From: an uncultured bacterium
Lineage (GTDB): Bacteria > Actinomycetota > Acidimicrobiia > Spongiisociales > UBA5794
Direction of reading: 5' to 3'
Length of the DNA stretch: 64,000 nucleotides
NCBI GenBank assembly: GCA_963801165.1
Contig: CAWDDT010000013.1
Location: 192,001-256,000, forward strand
Shown: piece by piece, positions 37,201 to 46,995 of the stretch
Position numbering within the stretch: position 1 is the first letter of the stretch
Layout of the letters: every line of letters begins with the position of its first letter
Program-made: the position numbers and the translations under genes
Notes under the pieces: generated by a model
Database searches by the model: none
The model's input: the letters and a program-made list of their open reading frames with translations, nothing else
What the model was told of the DNA's origin: nothing

Positions 37201-37755
37201 ATGTGGAACATGACAACCACGATTCCAATAACCGATTCCGCTTCCACGACCGCCCCGCCCGATGTGCTTGCCATCGCAGTTTCCGACCGGTTGCTCGGCC
37301 AGGAGATGCTGTTGGCGGCCACCCGGCTCGGGATGCACGGGTCCGTCGAGCTGTCCGACGCGGCGCTCGTCGGCCACAACCGTAAGGGAAAACCGCAGAT
37401 CACCCAGACCCGGGAGACTCCCCCATCGATGGGGGCGATGATCGGTGCCTGGTGGGGCAGCCTCCTCGGCCTGGTCGTGTTCGGCATGGTCGGCTGGCTG
37501 GTCGGCGCGATCGTCGGCGCCGGAATCGGCTGGCTGCGAGCAAGACGCAGAGACATCGGAGTCCCCGATGACTGGATGCGTAGCCTCGCCGACCGCCTCT
37601 ACCCGGGTGAGATCGCTGCCGTCTTCGAGATGCGCAATGTCTACCCGACCCATCTGATCCGCGAGCTGCGCCGCTTCGACGGCCGGCTCCTTACCGACAC
37701 AGTTAGAGACAGCGACAGAATCGACATCGAGGACGCCCTCGCCTACACCATCTGA
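37201..37755 (+). CDS. DUF1269-like membrane protein
   Basis: LSDAALV...GKPQITQT, GAMIGAWWGSLLGLV..G...GAIVGAGIG, DIGVPDDWMRSLADRL.PG. Confidence 0.75.
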   Translation: MWNMTTTIPITDSASTTAPPDVLAIAVSDRLLGQEMLLAATRLGMHGSVELSDAALVGHNRKGKPQITQTRETPPSMGAMIGAWWGSLLGLVVFGMVGWLVGAIVGAGIGWLRARRRDIGVPDDWMRSLADRLYPGEIAAVFEMRNVYPTHLIRELRRFDGRLLTDTVRDSDRIDIEDALAYTI

Positions 37756-37909
37756 GTCCCCGGACGGGCATTGCCTCCGCCCGTCACCCACCGTGTCCGC
37801 CGGGGTCACCAAAAACCACACGTATTGGTGACCCCGGCGGGCTCGCACAGCACCGCAGAGCCCCAACCTCTCTTACCGACGCAGCTAACGTCGCCGGGTG
37901 AATCACAGC

Positions 37910-38554
37910 ATGAGCCTCAGTCGGCGTCGTCTCATTGGCGGCTTCTTCCTACTGTTGCTCCCGTTGACCAAGTGGCTCCAGGTCAGCGTCGTCGACCAGT
38001 GGCATAGCGTCGATATCGTCCGGCAAGTCTTCCTCTGCGTTGTGCTCGCTATCGGGGTACGTCTGCTCTACGGGAGCTGGGACCGGGCACTCCCCTGGCA
38101 CACCGAGCTGCGACCTCGGGCACGGTTGTGGACTCTTGGCCCTGCCCTTCTAGTTGCGGCGGCAATCATCGCCCTGGGTCTGATCATCGGCTTCGGCAAC
38201 TACATGGGCGGCGGACAACGGCTCATCTTCGGCGGAACGGCGGGCCGGGTGCTGTTCACCATCATCGTCATCGGGTTCGGGGAGGAATACCTGTTCCGTG
38301 GTCTCCTCTACGCCATCGCCGAGAAAACCGGGTTAGATGGCGGCCGGTTCTGGTTGCTCAGCGTGTCGTTTGCCGCATGGCATATCCCCGACGCGCTGCC
38401 CGACGGCCTGTTCTTCGTTGTCGGGACCATGGCGGCCATGTTTGCGGTTAGCTACCTCGTGCTCTACCCGCTGCGACGGGCCTCGGGCAATATCCTCGCG
38501 CCGACCCTTGTTCACGCCATCAACAACGTCGGGCTCAGCTTCATCGCTTTCTGA
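37910..38554 (+). CDS. CPBP/CAAX (Abi) family intramembrane metalloprotease
   Basis: EEYLFRG, FAAWH and HAINN motifs. Confidence 0.88.
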   Translation: MSLSRRRLIGGFFLLLLPLTKWLQVSVVDQWHSVDIVRQVFLCVVLAIGVRLLYGSWDRALPWHTELRPRARLWTLGPALLVAAAIIALGLIIGFGNYMGGGQRLIFGGTAGRVLFTIIVIGFGEEYLFRGLLYAIAEKTGLDGGRFWLLSVSFAAWHIPDALPDGLFFVVGTMAAMFAVSYLVLYPLRRASGNILAPTLVHAINNVGLSFIAF

Positions 38555-38556
38555 AG

Positions 38557-39225
38557 TCAGTCACGCGTCGCGGGCCGCCCGGCGAAGATCCCGCGTTTGA
38601 GTCGGCGAAGATGCGTGGCGTGGTCTGGGAATCGGACCGGGTTGTTACGTCGAATGAGCAGAACGACGAGGAGCGGCAAGACGATCGCCGCCGCGACCCA
38701 GAACGCGGTTGCAGGCACCGTGGCCATGATCCGGTCGCCGACCGACTGCTGCACGGTCGTGACCACGACGGCGATGGCGAGAATCGACAGCGCCGCTCGC
38801 CCACCGGTCAGCGCCTGCCAGGTCCTCCCATCCAGCCGTCGAGTGGCAAAGTAGCCGAACGCGAGGGTCGCCACCATGAAAATCTCAACCCATAAGACAC
38901 CACCGGCTCGGACCGGGATCCGCCCGTCTTCCCACCCTTGCATGACCGCGTCGATCGCGACGACTGCGATCCCCGCCGTCGGGATCGCCAGCACCCACAT
39001 CAACCACAGCGGCGGTACCCAACCGGGACGGCGGACACCAGGGCGGCGAGCAAGCTCAGCGGCCAGGTCGTGGGGGGTTCCGAGCTCCTCGACCGGATCG
39101 GCGCCTGTCTCGGCGAGATGGCTGTCGATCTCCGCAACAAACTCCCCGGCGCGACGCCCTTCGACCCCCTCCATCTGGAGTGCCCTGGTGAGTTGGGCGA
39201 GATAGGTCCAGGCTGCGTCGTTCAT
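38557..39225 (-). CDS. Membrane protein with HAAS-like N-terminus, PadR partner
   Basis: YLAQL..AL......EFVAEIDSHL...G.DPVEELGTP..LA followed by four TM segments. It has an ATGA overlap with the PadR gene. Confidence 0.75.
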   Translation of the reverse strand: MNDAAWTYLAQLTRALQMEGVEGRRAGEFVAEIDSHLAETGADPVEELGTPHDLAAELARRPGVRRPGWVPPLWLMWVLAIPTAGIAVVAIDAVMQGWEDGRIPVRAGGVLWVEIFMVATLAFGYFATRRLDGRTWQALTGGRAALSILAIAVVVTTVQQSVGDRIMATVPATAFWVAAAIVLPLLVVLLIRRNNPVRFPDHATHLRRLKRGIFAGRPATRD

Positions 39226-39590
39226 TCGTCCTCCCCGGCAACGGACGCGAGCGACTGAGCCACCGCGGCGACGAATTCGGCCCAGAAGGATGCGGCCTCG
39301 CGGAGCGCAGTCGCTCCCGTTTCGGTGATCCGGTAGTACTTGCGGTCGGGACCCAGGTCGCTTGGCTGCCAGCGGGTCGCCAGCAGGGCGTCACGCTCGA
39401 GCCGGTTCAACAGTGGGTACAACGTTCCACCTTTGATCTCACCGAGACCGTCGGATTCGAGCCCTTTTGCGACCTCGTACCCATACGCCTCGCCCCGTGA
39501 GAGCCGTGCGAGGACGCAAAGATCGAGAACTCCTTTGAGCCACTGGCCGCGGCGCTGCTCGACGGTGGTGATGGTTGGCTGTTTCTTCAC
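39222..39590 (-). CDS. PadR family transcriptional regulator
   Basis: LKGVLDLCVL, YGYEV, GGTLYPLLNRLE and GPDRKYYRIT. Confidence 0.92.
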   Translation of the reverse strand: MKKQPTITTVEQRRGQWLKGVLDLCVLARLSRGEAYGYEVAKGLESDGLGEIKGGTLYPLLNRLERDALLATRWQPSDLGPDRKYYRITETGATALREAASFWAEFVAAVAQSLASVAGEDE

Positions 39591-39634
39591 TATGTAGTGA
39601 TTCTATCTACCACTAGGTGGTTTGTCTACATAGT
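39589..39634. promoter_or_regulatory. Inverted repeat ACTATGTAG...CTACATAGT abutting the PadR start (candidate autoregulatory operator)
   Basis: AT-rich island with 9-bp inverted arms and internal related half-sites. Confidence 0.55.
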
Positions 39635-39684
39635 CTCGAGAGGCTCGCTGTGGTGGCGGGGCTGAAACGGTCCCGGCGGCTCAA

Positions 39685-40260
39685 TCAGCGCGGGATGGTG
39701 GTGCGCTTGAACTCGTTGAGGTCGGTCCAGGTGAGCAGATCGAGGGCGCGTTCCAGGTCGGCAACGTCTCCCCGCTTCATGAAACGGATAAAGGTGGCGT
39801 GGTCGTCGACAATGAATGTCGGCACACCAAACACCTCCCAACCGGCGACGCATTCCATGTGCTCGTCGGCCAGGGTCTGCAGGGGCTTTCCAGTGGCGAC
39901 GACCGCGGCAACCGCTTCGACATCGGCTCCGGCCCCGGCAACCGCCTCTCGAACAACTGTCTCTTCGTTGATGTCCAAGCCGTGATCGAAACGAGCCGCA
40001 AACAACGCCCGGTGTACTGCGGGGAACAACGCGGGTAACTCGTCCCGTACCGCCAACCCCCACTGGAAGGCGAGCACACCCGACTTCCCGGCCGGGTCGT
40101 CCCAGACATCGGGCTCATCGTCCTCGGTGTGCACCTGCGAAAGCGAGAACGCCAAAAAGCGCGGCTGCCACGACTTGCCGGCGGCGATCCCGTTGAGCAC
40201 CGCCTCGTTGGCGTTGCGGGCGAATGGGCAGAGGTAGTCGAACGTGATACCGAATTCCAT
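39685..40260 (-). CDS. DsbA/FrnE-like thioredoxin-fold protein (single-Cys CPFA motif)
   Basis: FDYLCPFA and VFGVPTFIV. Confidence 0.82.
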   Translation of the reverse strand: MEFGITFDYLCPFARNANEAVLNGIAAGKSWQPRFLAFSLSQVHTEDDEPDVWDDPAGKSGVLAFQWGLAVRDELPALFPAVHRALFAARFDHGLDINEETVVREAVAGAGADVEAVAAVVATGKPLQTLADEHMECVAGWEVFGVPTFIVDDHATFIRFMKRGDVADLERALDLLTWTDLNEFKRTTIPR

Positions 40261-40326
40261 CAGGGCTTTCTCCGTGTCGTCTCTTGACTGCAACGGGTTC
40301 GAGGCTCATGGGATTCCCGACCCGGG

Positions 40327-41257
40327 TCAGCTGCCATTCTGGCTGAAGTGCATCCGGTCCTTGAGCGTGTGCCAGGTCCCGCCCCATGTCCAGCCGATGT
40401 CCGTAAACGCCTGGGTGACGACATCGCCGTCGAGGATCATCCCGGGTCGCACCTGGTCGCGGTCGGTGTAGCTGCCCGCCAGCTCGGGGATGATGACGTC
40501 CCCTTTGACATAGGGGTTCTGAAACGGGTCGATGTCGACTGCCAGACCGTAGGCGTGCTGCGACCAGTAGTCCGAGCCCACGGTGGGCCGGCACACGAAC
40601 GATCCGGTGTCGTTACCGTCCCCGGTCGGCGCCGCGTCGAGGTCGTCCTGGCTGGTGACCCGCATCTCCTCTATCGGGAACTTGGCGTTGAACAGCGTGT
40701 GGAACACACTGACAATGTCGTCGGCGACCGAGGCATTGACGATCAGCTCGCCTGTGTGAACATCGCCCTCGAAGCCGTAAAAGGACACAGTGACGTAGGA
40801 GAGGTCGTCGAGCGTGACGGGGCAATCCTCCGACCAGGTGGAACGGGCCAGCACCTCGTTTGGTATCGGCCCGATGGTGGATACGAACCGGTCGTCCGGT
40901 GGTGGTGCCAGGAAGTCGATCGTTTCGAACTGGCGATTCTGCAACTCGGGAGGGGTGGGCTGCGGGATGGCGGTCTTCCCATCCGGGCCGAGCGGGAGCG
41001 GCCGGGTACCGAGCCAGGCCGGTCTGGCGAAAGGCGAAGCAGTCGTGGTCGTTATCGCTTCGGTCGTTGTGCTCTCCGGTGGCAATGTCTCCGGTGGCAC
41101 ATGTCGTCGTCGATGTCGTCGTCGATGTCGTCGTGGATGAGGCTGTGGTCGTAGAAGCCACCGTAGTGGCGGGTGTCTGAGTAGTGGGTGCGGCGTTTGC
41201 CACCCCGCACCCGCTCACGGCAATTGCTGCGACGACGGCAAGTGCTGATGGCTTCAT
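40327..41257 (-). CDS. M15 family metallopeptidase lipoprotein, copy 2, split by an apparent frameshift near 41101
   Basis: The signal, lipobox (MKPSALAVVAAIAVSGC) and Thr linker are in one frame. The catalytic part (WSQHAYGLAVDIDP, DRMHF) is in another frame (40327-41100). Confidence 0.82.
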
Positions 41258-41401
41258 CCGATCCAGGCTAGAGGCGATCGTGAGATACGGCGCCGGTCGA
41301 CGAGTCTCACTCCCAATGCTCGAGTATCTCGGCGATGTGGGCAAGGCGTTGGCCGATCGCCTGACGTCTCCGCTCGATTGTCGAGCCGGCGATGATGAGC
41401 C

Positions 41402-43444
41402 TCAGGCGAGCGCCACCTCTACGACGGTGTCGAAGAATGCGACGCCACCACCCCAATCGGTGTCGGCGGCGCTGGTCAGGGTGTTGGCGGTAGCCGGGGC
41501 GCCATCCTCGCTCCACCAGCCGAAGGGGACGGCTACCACGCCGGGCCGGAGCCGGTCCGAGAGCATGGCCGGCAACGTCAGCTCGCCCCGGTCGTTCCAC
41601 ACCCGCACCGGTGCGCCCTCGACGATGCCACGAGCGGCGGCATCGGCCGGGTCGATTTCGACAAACGGGCCGGTCTCGCGGTCGCCGTGGCCGGGAAGGT
41701 GCGAGTAAGACGTGTTGAGGAACCTGGTGTGGTTCTTCGGTGTGAGCAACCGCAACGGCAGTGTGGAACCCTCGTGACCGTTGTGCGGAGCCCCAACGGG
41801 TGCCCGAAACTCGGGTAGCGGATCGGCAAGGTCGTCGTTGGCGAGCATGGCCCGTCCCGATGGGGTGGCAAAGCCGCCCTCCCGGTACGGGAGCATCTCG
41901 TCTGGGACGTCCAGCCGCAGGAAACCCTGCTCCCGGAGCTCATCCACATCCATGCCCCTGACCGCCGAGCGGAGCAGCGTCTCGTCGTCCTCGAAGAGCT
42001 CGGGCTCGGTGAAGCCCATCGCCCGGGAGAGCCGCCGCCACAACTCGGTGTTGGGCACTGCCTCGCCCTGAGGCGCAATCGCCGGCTCGTTCCAGCCCAG
42101 GTAGAGATGGCCCCACGCCGGGACGACGTCGACCTGCTCGAGCTGTGTGGTCGCCGGGAAGATGACGTCGGCGTAGCGAGCCGTGTCGGTGAGGAACTGC
42201 TCGGAGACCACCGTGAACAGGTCGTCGCGGGCCAGCCCGGCCTGGATGCGAGCGGCGTCGGGGACGGTTACCAGCGGGTTCCCGTTCCATACGAAAAGCG
42301 CCTTGACCGGCGGTTCCAGCGACGGGTCGGTGAGGACGGCACCGAGATGGTTCATGTTGATCCCCCGCCGCTCCGGGACCTCAAAACTCACCCGATCGAA
42401 CACCGAGTCGTCGACGTTGACGTCGCTCCAGGTGCCGACGCTGCGGGCGAGCCCGCCACCCGGGTGCCGCCACGAGCCGGTGATGGTGGGCAAACAGGCG
42501 AGGGTACGGAAGAATGTGGCGCCGTTCTCGTGGTGCTCGGCGCCGATCAAGGTGCGGATGAAGGCGGGTGAGGCGGTGCCGTAGGAGGTGGCGAGACGCT
42601 CTATCTCTTCAGCAGCGACCCCGCATACTGCGGCGGCACGCTCCGGGGTCCAGCCCGCGACGTGGGCGGCGAGGCGGTCGAAGCCGTCCGTGTATTGGTC
42701 GATGTATTCGTGGTCGACGAGGTCGTCGCGGATGAGGACGTGCATCATCGCCAGCATCAGGGCGACGTCCGTGCCCGGGAGCGGCTGGACGAACCAGTCG
42801 GCGGACGATGCGGTGATGGTCCGGATCGGGTCGACGACGACCACGGTGGCTCCGGCAGCTCTGGCCTCCTCGACAAAGGGCCACAGATGACGGTTGGTGA
42901 GCCGGGTGTTGGTGCCCCACAGAATCACGAGCTCCGCGAGACGGAGATCGGCCGGATCGCAGGCCCGGCCGGATCCGAGCGTGGCCGCGACCCCGGCGCC
43001 GGCGGTCGCTCCACACAGCGACCCGGTTTGGCGGCTGGCACCCAGCCTGGCAAAGAACCTGCGGTCGAGCGCGCTCATCTGGATGAGTCCCTGGGTACCG
43101 GCGGAGCCCCAGGACAGCACCGCCTCGCCACCCCACTCGGCCACAATCGAGCCGAGACGCTCGGCGACCACGGCCAACGCCTCATCCCAGGTTGCCGCGG
43201 TGTACCGGCCACTCCCCTTCGGGCCGGTGCGCAGCAAGGGCCGCAGCAAACGGTCGGGCGAGTACACCCGGTCGAGGAACCGGTTCACCTTGGGACAAAG
43301 CTCACCACGCGAGTAGGGGTGGTCAGGGTTGCCGCGCAGTTTCACTGCCACGCCGTCCTCGACAGTGGCGACCCACCCGCAGCTGTCGGGGCAGTCGTGG
43401 TGACAGGTGCCGAGTATGCGAAGAGATTGCGCCTGCGTCGTCAT
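41402..43444 (-). CDS. Molybdopterin-dependent oxidoreductase (DMSO reductase superfamily)
   Basis: CHHDCPDSC...LCPK Fe-S motif, LWGTN, TDTARYADVIFPA and a C-terminal molydop-binding domain. Confidence 0.9.
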   Translation of the reverse strand: MTTQAQSLRILGTCHHDCPDSCGWVATVEDGVAVKLRGNPDHPYSRGELCPKVNRFLDRVYSPDRLLRPLLRTGPKGSGRYTAATWDEALAVVAERLGSIVAEWGGEAVLSWGSAGTQGLIQMSALDRRFFARLGASRQTGSLCGATAGAGVAATLGSGRACDPADLRLAELVILWGTNTRLTNRHLWPFVEEARAAGATVVVVDPIRTITASSADWFVQPLPGTDVALMLAMMHVLIRDDLVDHEYIDQYTDGFDRLAAHVAGWTPERAAAVCGVAAEEIERLATSYGTASPAFIRTLIGAEHHENGATFFRTLACLPTITGSWRHPGGGLARSVGTWSDVNVDDSVFDRVSFEVPERRGINMNHLGAVLTDPSLEPPVKALFVWNGNPLVTVPDAARIQAGLARDDLFTVVSEQFLTDTARYADVIFPATTQLEQVDVVPAWGHLYLGWNEPAIAPQGEAVPNTELWRRLSRAMGFTEPELFEDDETLLRSAVRGMDVDELREQGFLRLDVPDEMLPYREGGFATPSGRAMLANDDLADPLPEFRAPVGAPHNGHEGSTLPLRLLTPKNHTRFLNTSYSHLPGHGDRETGPFVEIDPADAAARGIVEGAPVRVWNDRGELTLPAMLSDRLRPGVVAVPFGWWSEDGAPATANTLTSAADTDWGGGVAFFDTVVEVALA

Positions 43445-43536
43445 GACGCCGGATTCTACGGAGCCGCGCCCCGACCGAGCGACGGTTTCCGGTCGCCCGG
43501 GCCGGCGACGACAACGTGGTCAGTAGCGTCGGCTCG

Positions 43537-44103
43537 TCACTGCCAGCGACCGAGCGCCTTCGTGGCCAGCTGGGCGGCATCCTCGATCCGCGACATATCG
43601 CCCGGGTCGATCCCGAGGAAGATGATCTGCAGCTCGACGAAGCGACCACCGTCACCGGTGACGATCGCCCCCACCGTGTCACCTTCGGGGTTGGTGACCG
43701 CAACCGTGTCGGTTCCGACCGACACGGGGATCGTCTGGGCGGCGTCCGGGAAGTCGGTTGCAGCAACCGATGCCGCGTCGCCGTCGCGCTCGAAGGCTAT
43801 GACCGACATGTCGGCGATGCTTCCGTCTGGCGGGATGAACCCACAGCCGAGCATCGAGTCCTCCCCCGCATCGAGGGTGTGGCCGGCGAGCGCGGTTGCC
43901 TCTTCGGCTGTGATCAGCGAGCAGTTGTCCGGTGGCTCACCATCAGACATGTCGGCCGTCGTCGTCTCGGCCGCCATCGTCGTCTCGGTCGCAAGCGTCG
44001 TTTCCGCTGCGGTCGTGGTGACGGTCGTATCCGTTCCCTGGTCCCCGGAGCAAGCCGCGAGCAATAGCGCGACGAGCACTCCGACAATCGCAAAGCGTCC
44101 CAT
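43537..44103 (-). CDS. Hypothetical lipoprotein
   Basis: Lipobox LAAC, ETT repeats and NCSLIT.EEA...C motif. Confidence 0.75.
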   Translation of the reverse strand: MGRFAIVGVLVALLLAACSGDQGTDTTVTTTAAETTLATETTMAAETTTADMSDGEPPDNCSLITAEEATALAGHTLDAGEDSMLGCGFIPPDGSIADMSVIAFERDGDAASVAATDFPDAAQTIPVSVGTDTVAVTNPEGDTVGAIVTGDGGRFVELQIIFLGIDPGDMSRIEDAAQLATKALGRWQ

Positions 44104-44442
44104 ATCAAACTCCTCGCTCGATGCACTCCTGGTGGGGGTGAACAGCCACCCTAGGGTCGAGGGTGATATACCGAATGGGGGTGTGCCGGCGGCCGATATG
44201 GAGGAGATCGCCGCTCTTGCGCGGACCGCCGGCATGGACCCGACGCCGGAGCAGGCCCTGGTAACCGGTCGCGCCTGGCGCTACACTTTCGTTTAACACC
44301 GGGTGCATCACCAGCATCCGATTTGGCAACGGGCCCCTCGTCCCCCCTGGGGGCCTGTTGCATTCAGGCAGGCACCAAGCGGACCCAGGAGCCGTACGGA
44401 GCCGGGCGGCTCAGACGGCTGTCAACGCCTACAGCGGGCGTA

Positions 44443-45825
44443 CTAGCCGGTCGGAGGTGAGGCGTCCGCCCTCTCTCCTTCCCGGCCGCCCAGGTCGAGC
44501 CGGAACGGCGGGTACTCGTCACGCATCAATGCTGCGTAGGCGCCGACCCGGAACACCCATCGGTTGAGACCCATGATCAGATCGAAAAGGCCGCGGGGGT
44601 AGCGGGCGGTGAACAGCAGCGACAATGCGGCGATGAACACCAGGAGACCGATCAGACCGCCGCCGAGCTTCAGAGCCCCCTCGCCCCCGATGTGGGTGGT
44701 CCACCACACCAAACCGCTCGTGAACAACCCGACGATGATGTAGTGCGGAATGGCGAGCAGCCACCATTTCACCAACACCAAACCGCGCGACAGCTCTTCT
44801 GGGTAGGCAACGTCGAGACGGGCCGGATAGTCGACATCGTCGAGCGTGAACGGGGGGTATTGGTCGGTGCCGAGCGCGCTGTAGGTATAGAAGGCGACGC
44901 GCCAGCTCCACCGCAGCACGCCCACGTTGAAGTCGAAGATCCCGCGGGGATAGCGACCGGTGAACAAGATGGAGAAGCCGGCCACGACGGTCAGAAGCAC
45001 AAAGGCGATCCACAGGAACGCCAGGATGATGAAGTGCGGAATAGCCAGCAGCCACTTCACCAGCCAAATCCACCGGCTCAGGTTCTGGTCGAGGGTGCCC
45101 TCGATGGTGAGGGGATAGGCACCTGCGGGTGCCGGCGCCGGAGTCGCGGCCGCCCCCTCGGGCTCCCCTCGCGCCGGGACTACTGCCCAAACCAGCAGCG
45201 CCGCGGCACCGATCCCGAGCAGAAGCCCAAAGACGAGCAAGCCGATCCCGAGCCCGAGCAGGATGCCGATCCGGGCACCCGCGGTCACGGCGACCATAAC
45301 GCCCTGGCCGCCATCGGCGTTCATGACGACGACACTCCAGTTGCCCGACGTCACATCCCATGTGATGGTCTGGGCTCCGGCACCCGTGGCGGAGGCGACC
45401 CAGAAGGTTTGGTCGCCCGGCGGCGTTGCCGGCGCCGAACCGCTGTGGGAGCGATAGTCGACGTCTGAGGATCTGCCCAGGTGGGTAACCTCGTCACGGG
45501 TGACGTCGCCGAGATAGGAGGCGACATCATCCGACGGCCCGATCCCAACGAACACCGCGGTCCCCCCGCCGTCCTCGGCTTCAAAACGAACATCGGCCAG
45601 ATGACCCGGCCACCAGTCTCCAGGTCGGGCGGCGATGTCGATGCCGGAGGAGGTGAGGGCATACCCCTGTGTCTCCAGCTCATAGGTCGGGCTGTGGTAG
45701 TACCCGTCAGCGTCCCGTTGGGTGGTGTGCGCCCAGATCAGGGCGGCGCCGCCCACGAGCAATCCCACTGCCACCAATGCCACGATCACGGCGACCACGG
45801 CGGCGGCGATCTTGCCTGCCTTCAT
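44443..45825 (-). CDS. DUF4389 domain membrane protein
   Basis: The module LSR..LVKW.LAIPH.I...ILFTGRYPRG.FD...RW..RV..Y...D.YPPF occurs twice. Confidence 0.88.
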   Translation of the reverse strand: MKAGKIAAAVVAVIVALVAVGLLVGGAALIWAHTTQRDADGYYHSPTYELETQGYALTSSGIDIAARPGDWWPGHLADVRFEAEDGGGTAVFVGIGPSDDVASYLGDVTRDEVTHLGRSSDVDYRSHSGSAPATPPGDQTFWVASATGAGAQTITWDVTSGNWSVVVMNADGGQGVMVAVTAGARIGILLGLGIGLLVFGLLLGIGAAALLVWAVVPARGEPEGAAATPAPAPAGAYPLTIEGTLDQNLSRWIWLVKWLLAIPHFIILAFLWIAFVLLTVVAGFSILFTGRYPRGIFDFNVGVLRWSWRVAFYTYSALGTDQYPPFTLDDVDYPARLDVAYPEELSRGLVLVKWWLLAIPHYIIVGLFTSGLVWWTTHIGGEGALKLGGGLIGLLVFIAALSLLFTARYPRGLFDLIMGLNRWVFRVGAYAALMRDEYPPFRLDLGGREGERADASPPTG

Positions 45826-45989
45826 GACTCACTCCTCACCACGAGCACCTTCCTGCTCAATCATGCATGGCCGGCAGCGGATGTGAAAGGGTCAAACGGC
45901 CATCGGCCGAAAGTACGAGCACAGCGCTCGAGCGGGACCAATATGTCGGTGCAGCGCGATACGGTTGCGGTATAGGCAGAAGGAGTGCG

Positions 45990-46343
45990 ATGCGCATCCA
46001 AACCGGACAGCTCGTAGCCCTGGGATATGGAAGGTATGTTCGCTCGGATGAGGTCGTCGCCATCGAACCGATAGTCGAAGGCCGCGGCCCGGGCAAACGA
46101 ACCCTGGTGTGGGTGCGAGGGGTGGCCGACCCCATCATCGCCTCGCGGGCGGAAGGCTCCATAGTCGACGACCTGGTCACACCCGCCGAGGAAGCCACTC
46201 GCATGAACGCGCAACGTGCGGCGTTGCGCCAAATGCTCAGCGCCCTCGAAGGCGTCTCCCCGGGAGTCCGCCGCGTGCTCGATGAGGAGACCGGCATCGA
46301 CTTCACCGAGCTCATCAACCAGGGGCACCGAGTCCTCGGCTGA
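45990..46343 (+). CDS. Small hypothetical protein, weakly RemA/DUF370-like
   Basis: RBS AGGAG; LVALGYGRYVRSDEVVAI...RTLVWV...PIIASR. Confidence 0.65.
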   Translation: MRIQTGQLVALGYGRYVRSDEVVAIEPIVEGRGPGKRTLVWVRGVADPIIASRAEGSIVDDLVTPAEEATRMNAQRAALRQMLSALEGVSPGVRRVLDEETGIDFTELINQGHRVLG

Positions 46344-46598
46344 GTAGCGACGCCGCATTCACGGCGAGGACGCCCGACGCGGGACGGCCACTACTGCCGG
46401 CGACGCGCCGGGTCGCGGTGTCGATCCCGTCGAGGTGGCGCTGTTGCAGGTCGATGAGCCGGGAGCGCTTCCCTGCCACCGACGTTGTGTTCACCGGACC
46501 CGTCGGCATCGAGCCGGGACAGCTCCTCGGCACTGGAGAAGCCCGAAACACGCCACCCCGGCGGGCAGACCGTCCAATGTTGGCGCTCCTGCCGGGGT

Positions 46599-46907
46599 CT
46601 AGGGATGGGGACAGAAGCGGATTACGTCTCTCCCCTGCTTGCCGTCGGTGGGCTCGAGGAACGCCTTGCCGACCAGGTGAACCTCAGCGTGGTCGTCGGG
46701 GCGGTGTGCCGGGAGCCGGCCCGGGTGTAGCACAACCCAGCAGAAGGAATCGCGCCGCAGGTTCTCGGTCGTGGTGGTGCCATCCCGGCATTCGAGGAGC
46801 AGGGTGCCGTCGGGCAACGGCTCCCACGCCAGCGATGCGAGGTGCATTGTGGCGTCCGGGTTCCTGGTGGCAAAGATGGCTGGTGCGGGATGCTCGGGTT
46901 GCTCCAT
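46599..46907 (-). CDS. Hypothetical protein, possibly pyridoxamine-phosphate-oxidase-like split barrel
   Basis: IFATRNPDA.MH....W...TTENLRRD. Confidence 0.45.
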   Translation of the reverse strand: MEQPEHPAPAIFATRNPDATMHLASLAWEPLPDGTLLLECRDGTTTTENLRRDSFCWVVLHPGRLPAHRPDDHAEVHLVGKAFLEPTDGKQGRDVIRFCPHP

Positions 46908-46995
46908 GCCCACCAATGTATCTGTGGACCGTTTGCCGAATGTTTGTGCGACCGATCGCCCGCATCGATCGCGACGGCCGGGTACTCTCGCCCGG

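Noticed and set aside
44198-44296. 32-codon ORF MEEIAALARTAGMDP...
   Set aside because: There is no clear RBS or recognisable family, and it is too short to support.
44300-44440. Hairpin-rich intergenic segment considered as a riboswitch or ncRNA
   Set aside because: The stem GCAACGGGCCCC...GGGGCCTGTTGC is present, but I recognise no riboswitch consensus. A terminator for the DUF4389 gene is a sufficient explanation.
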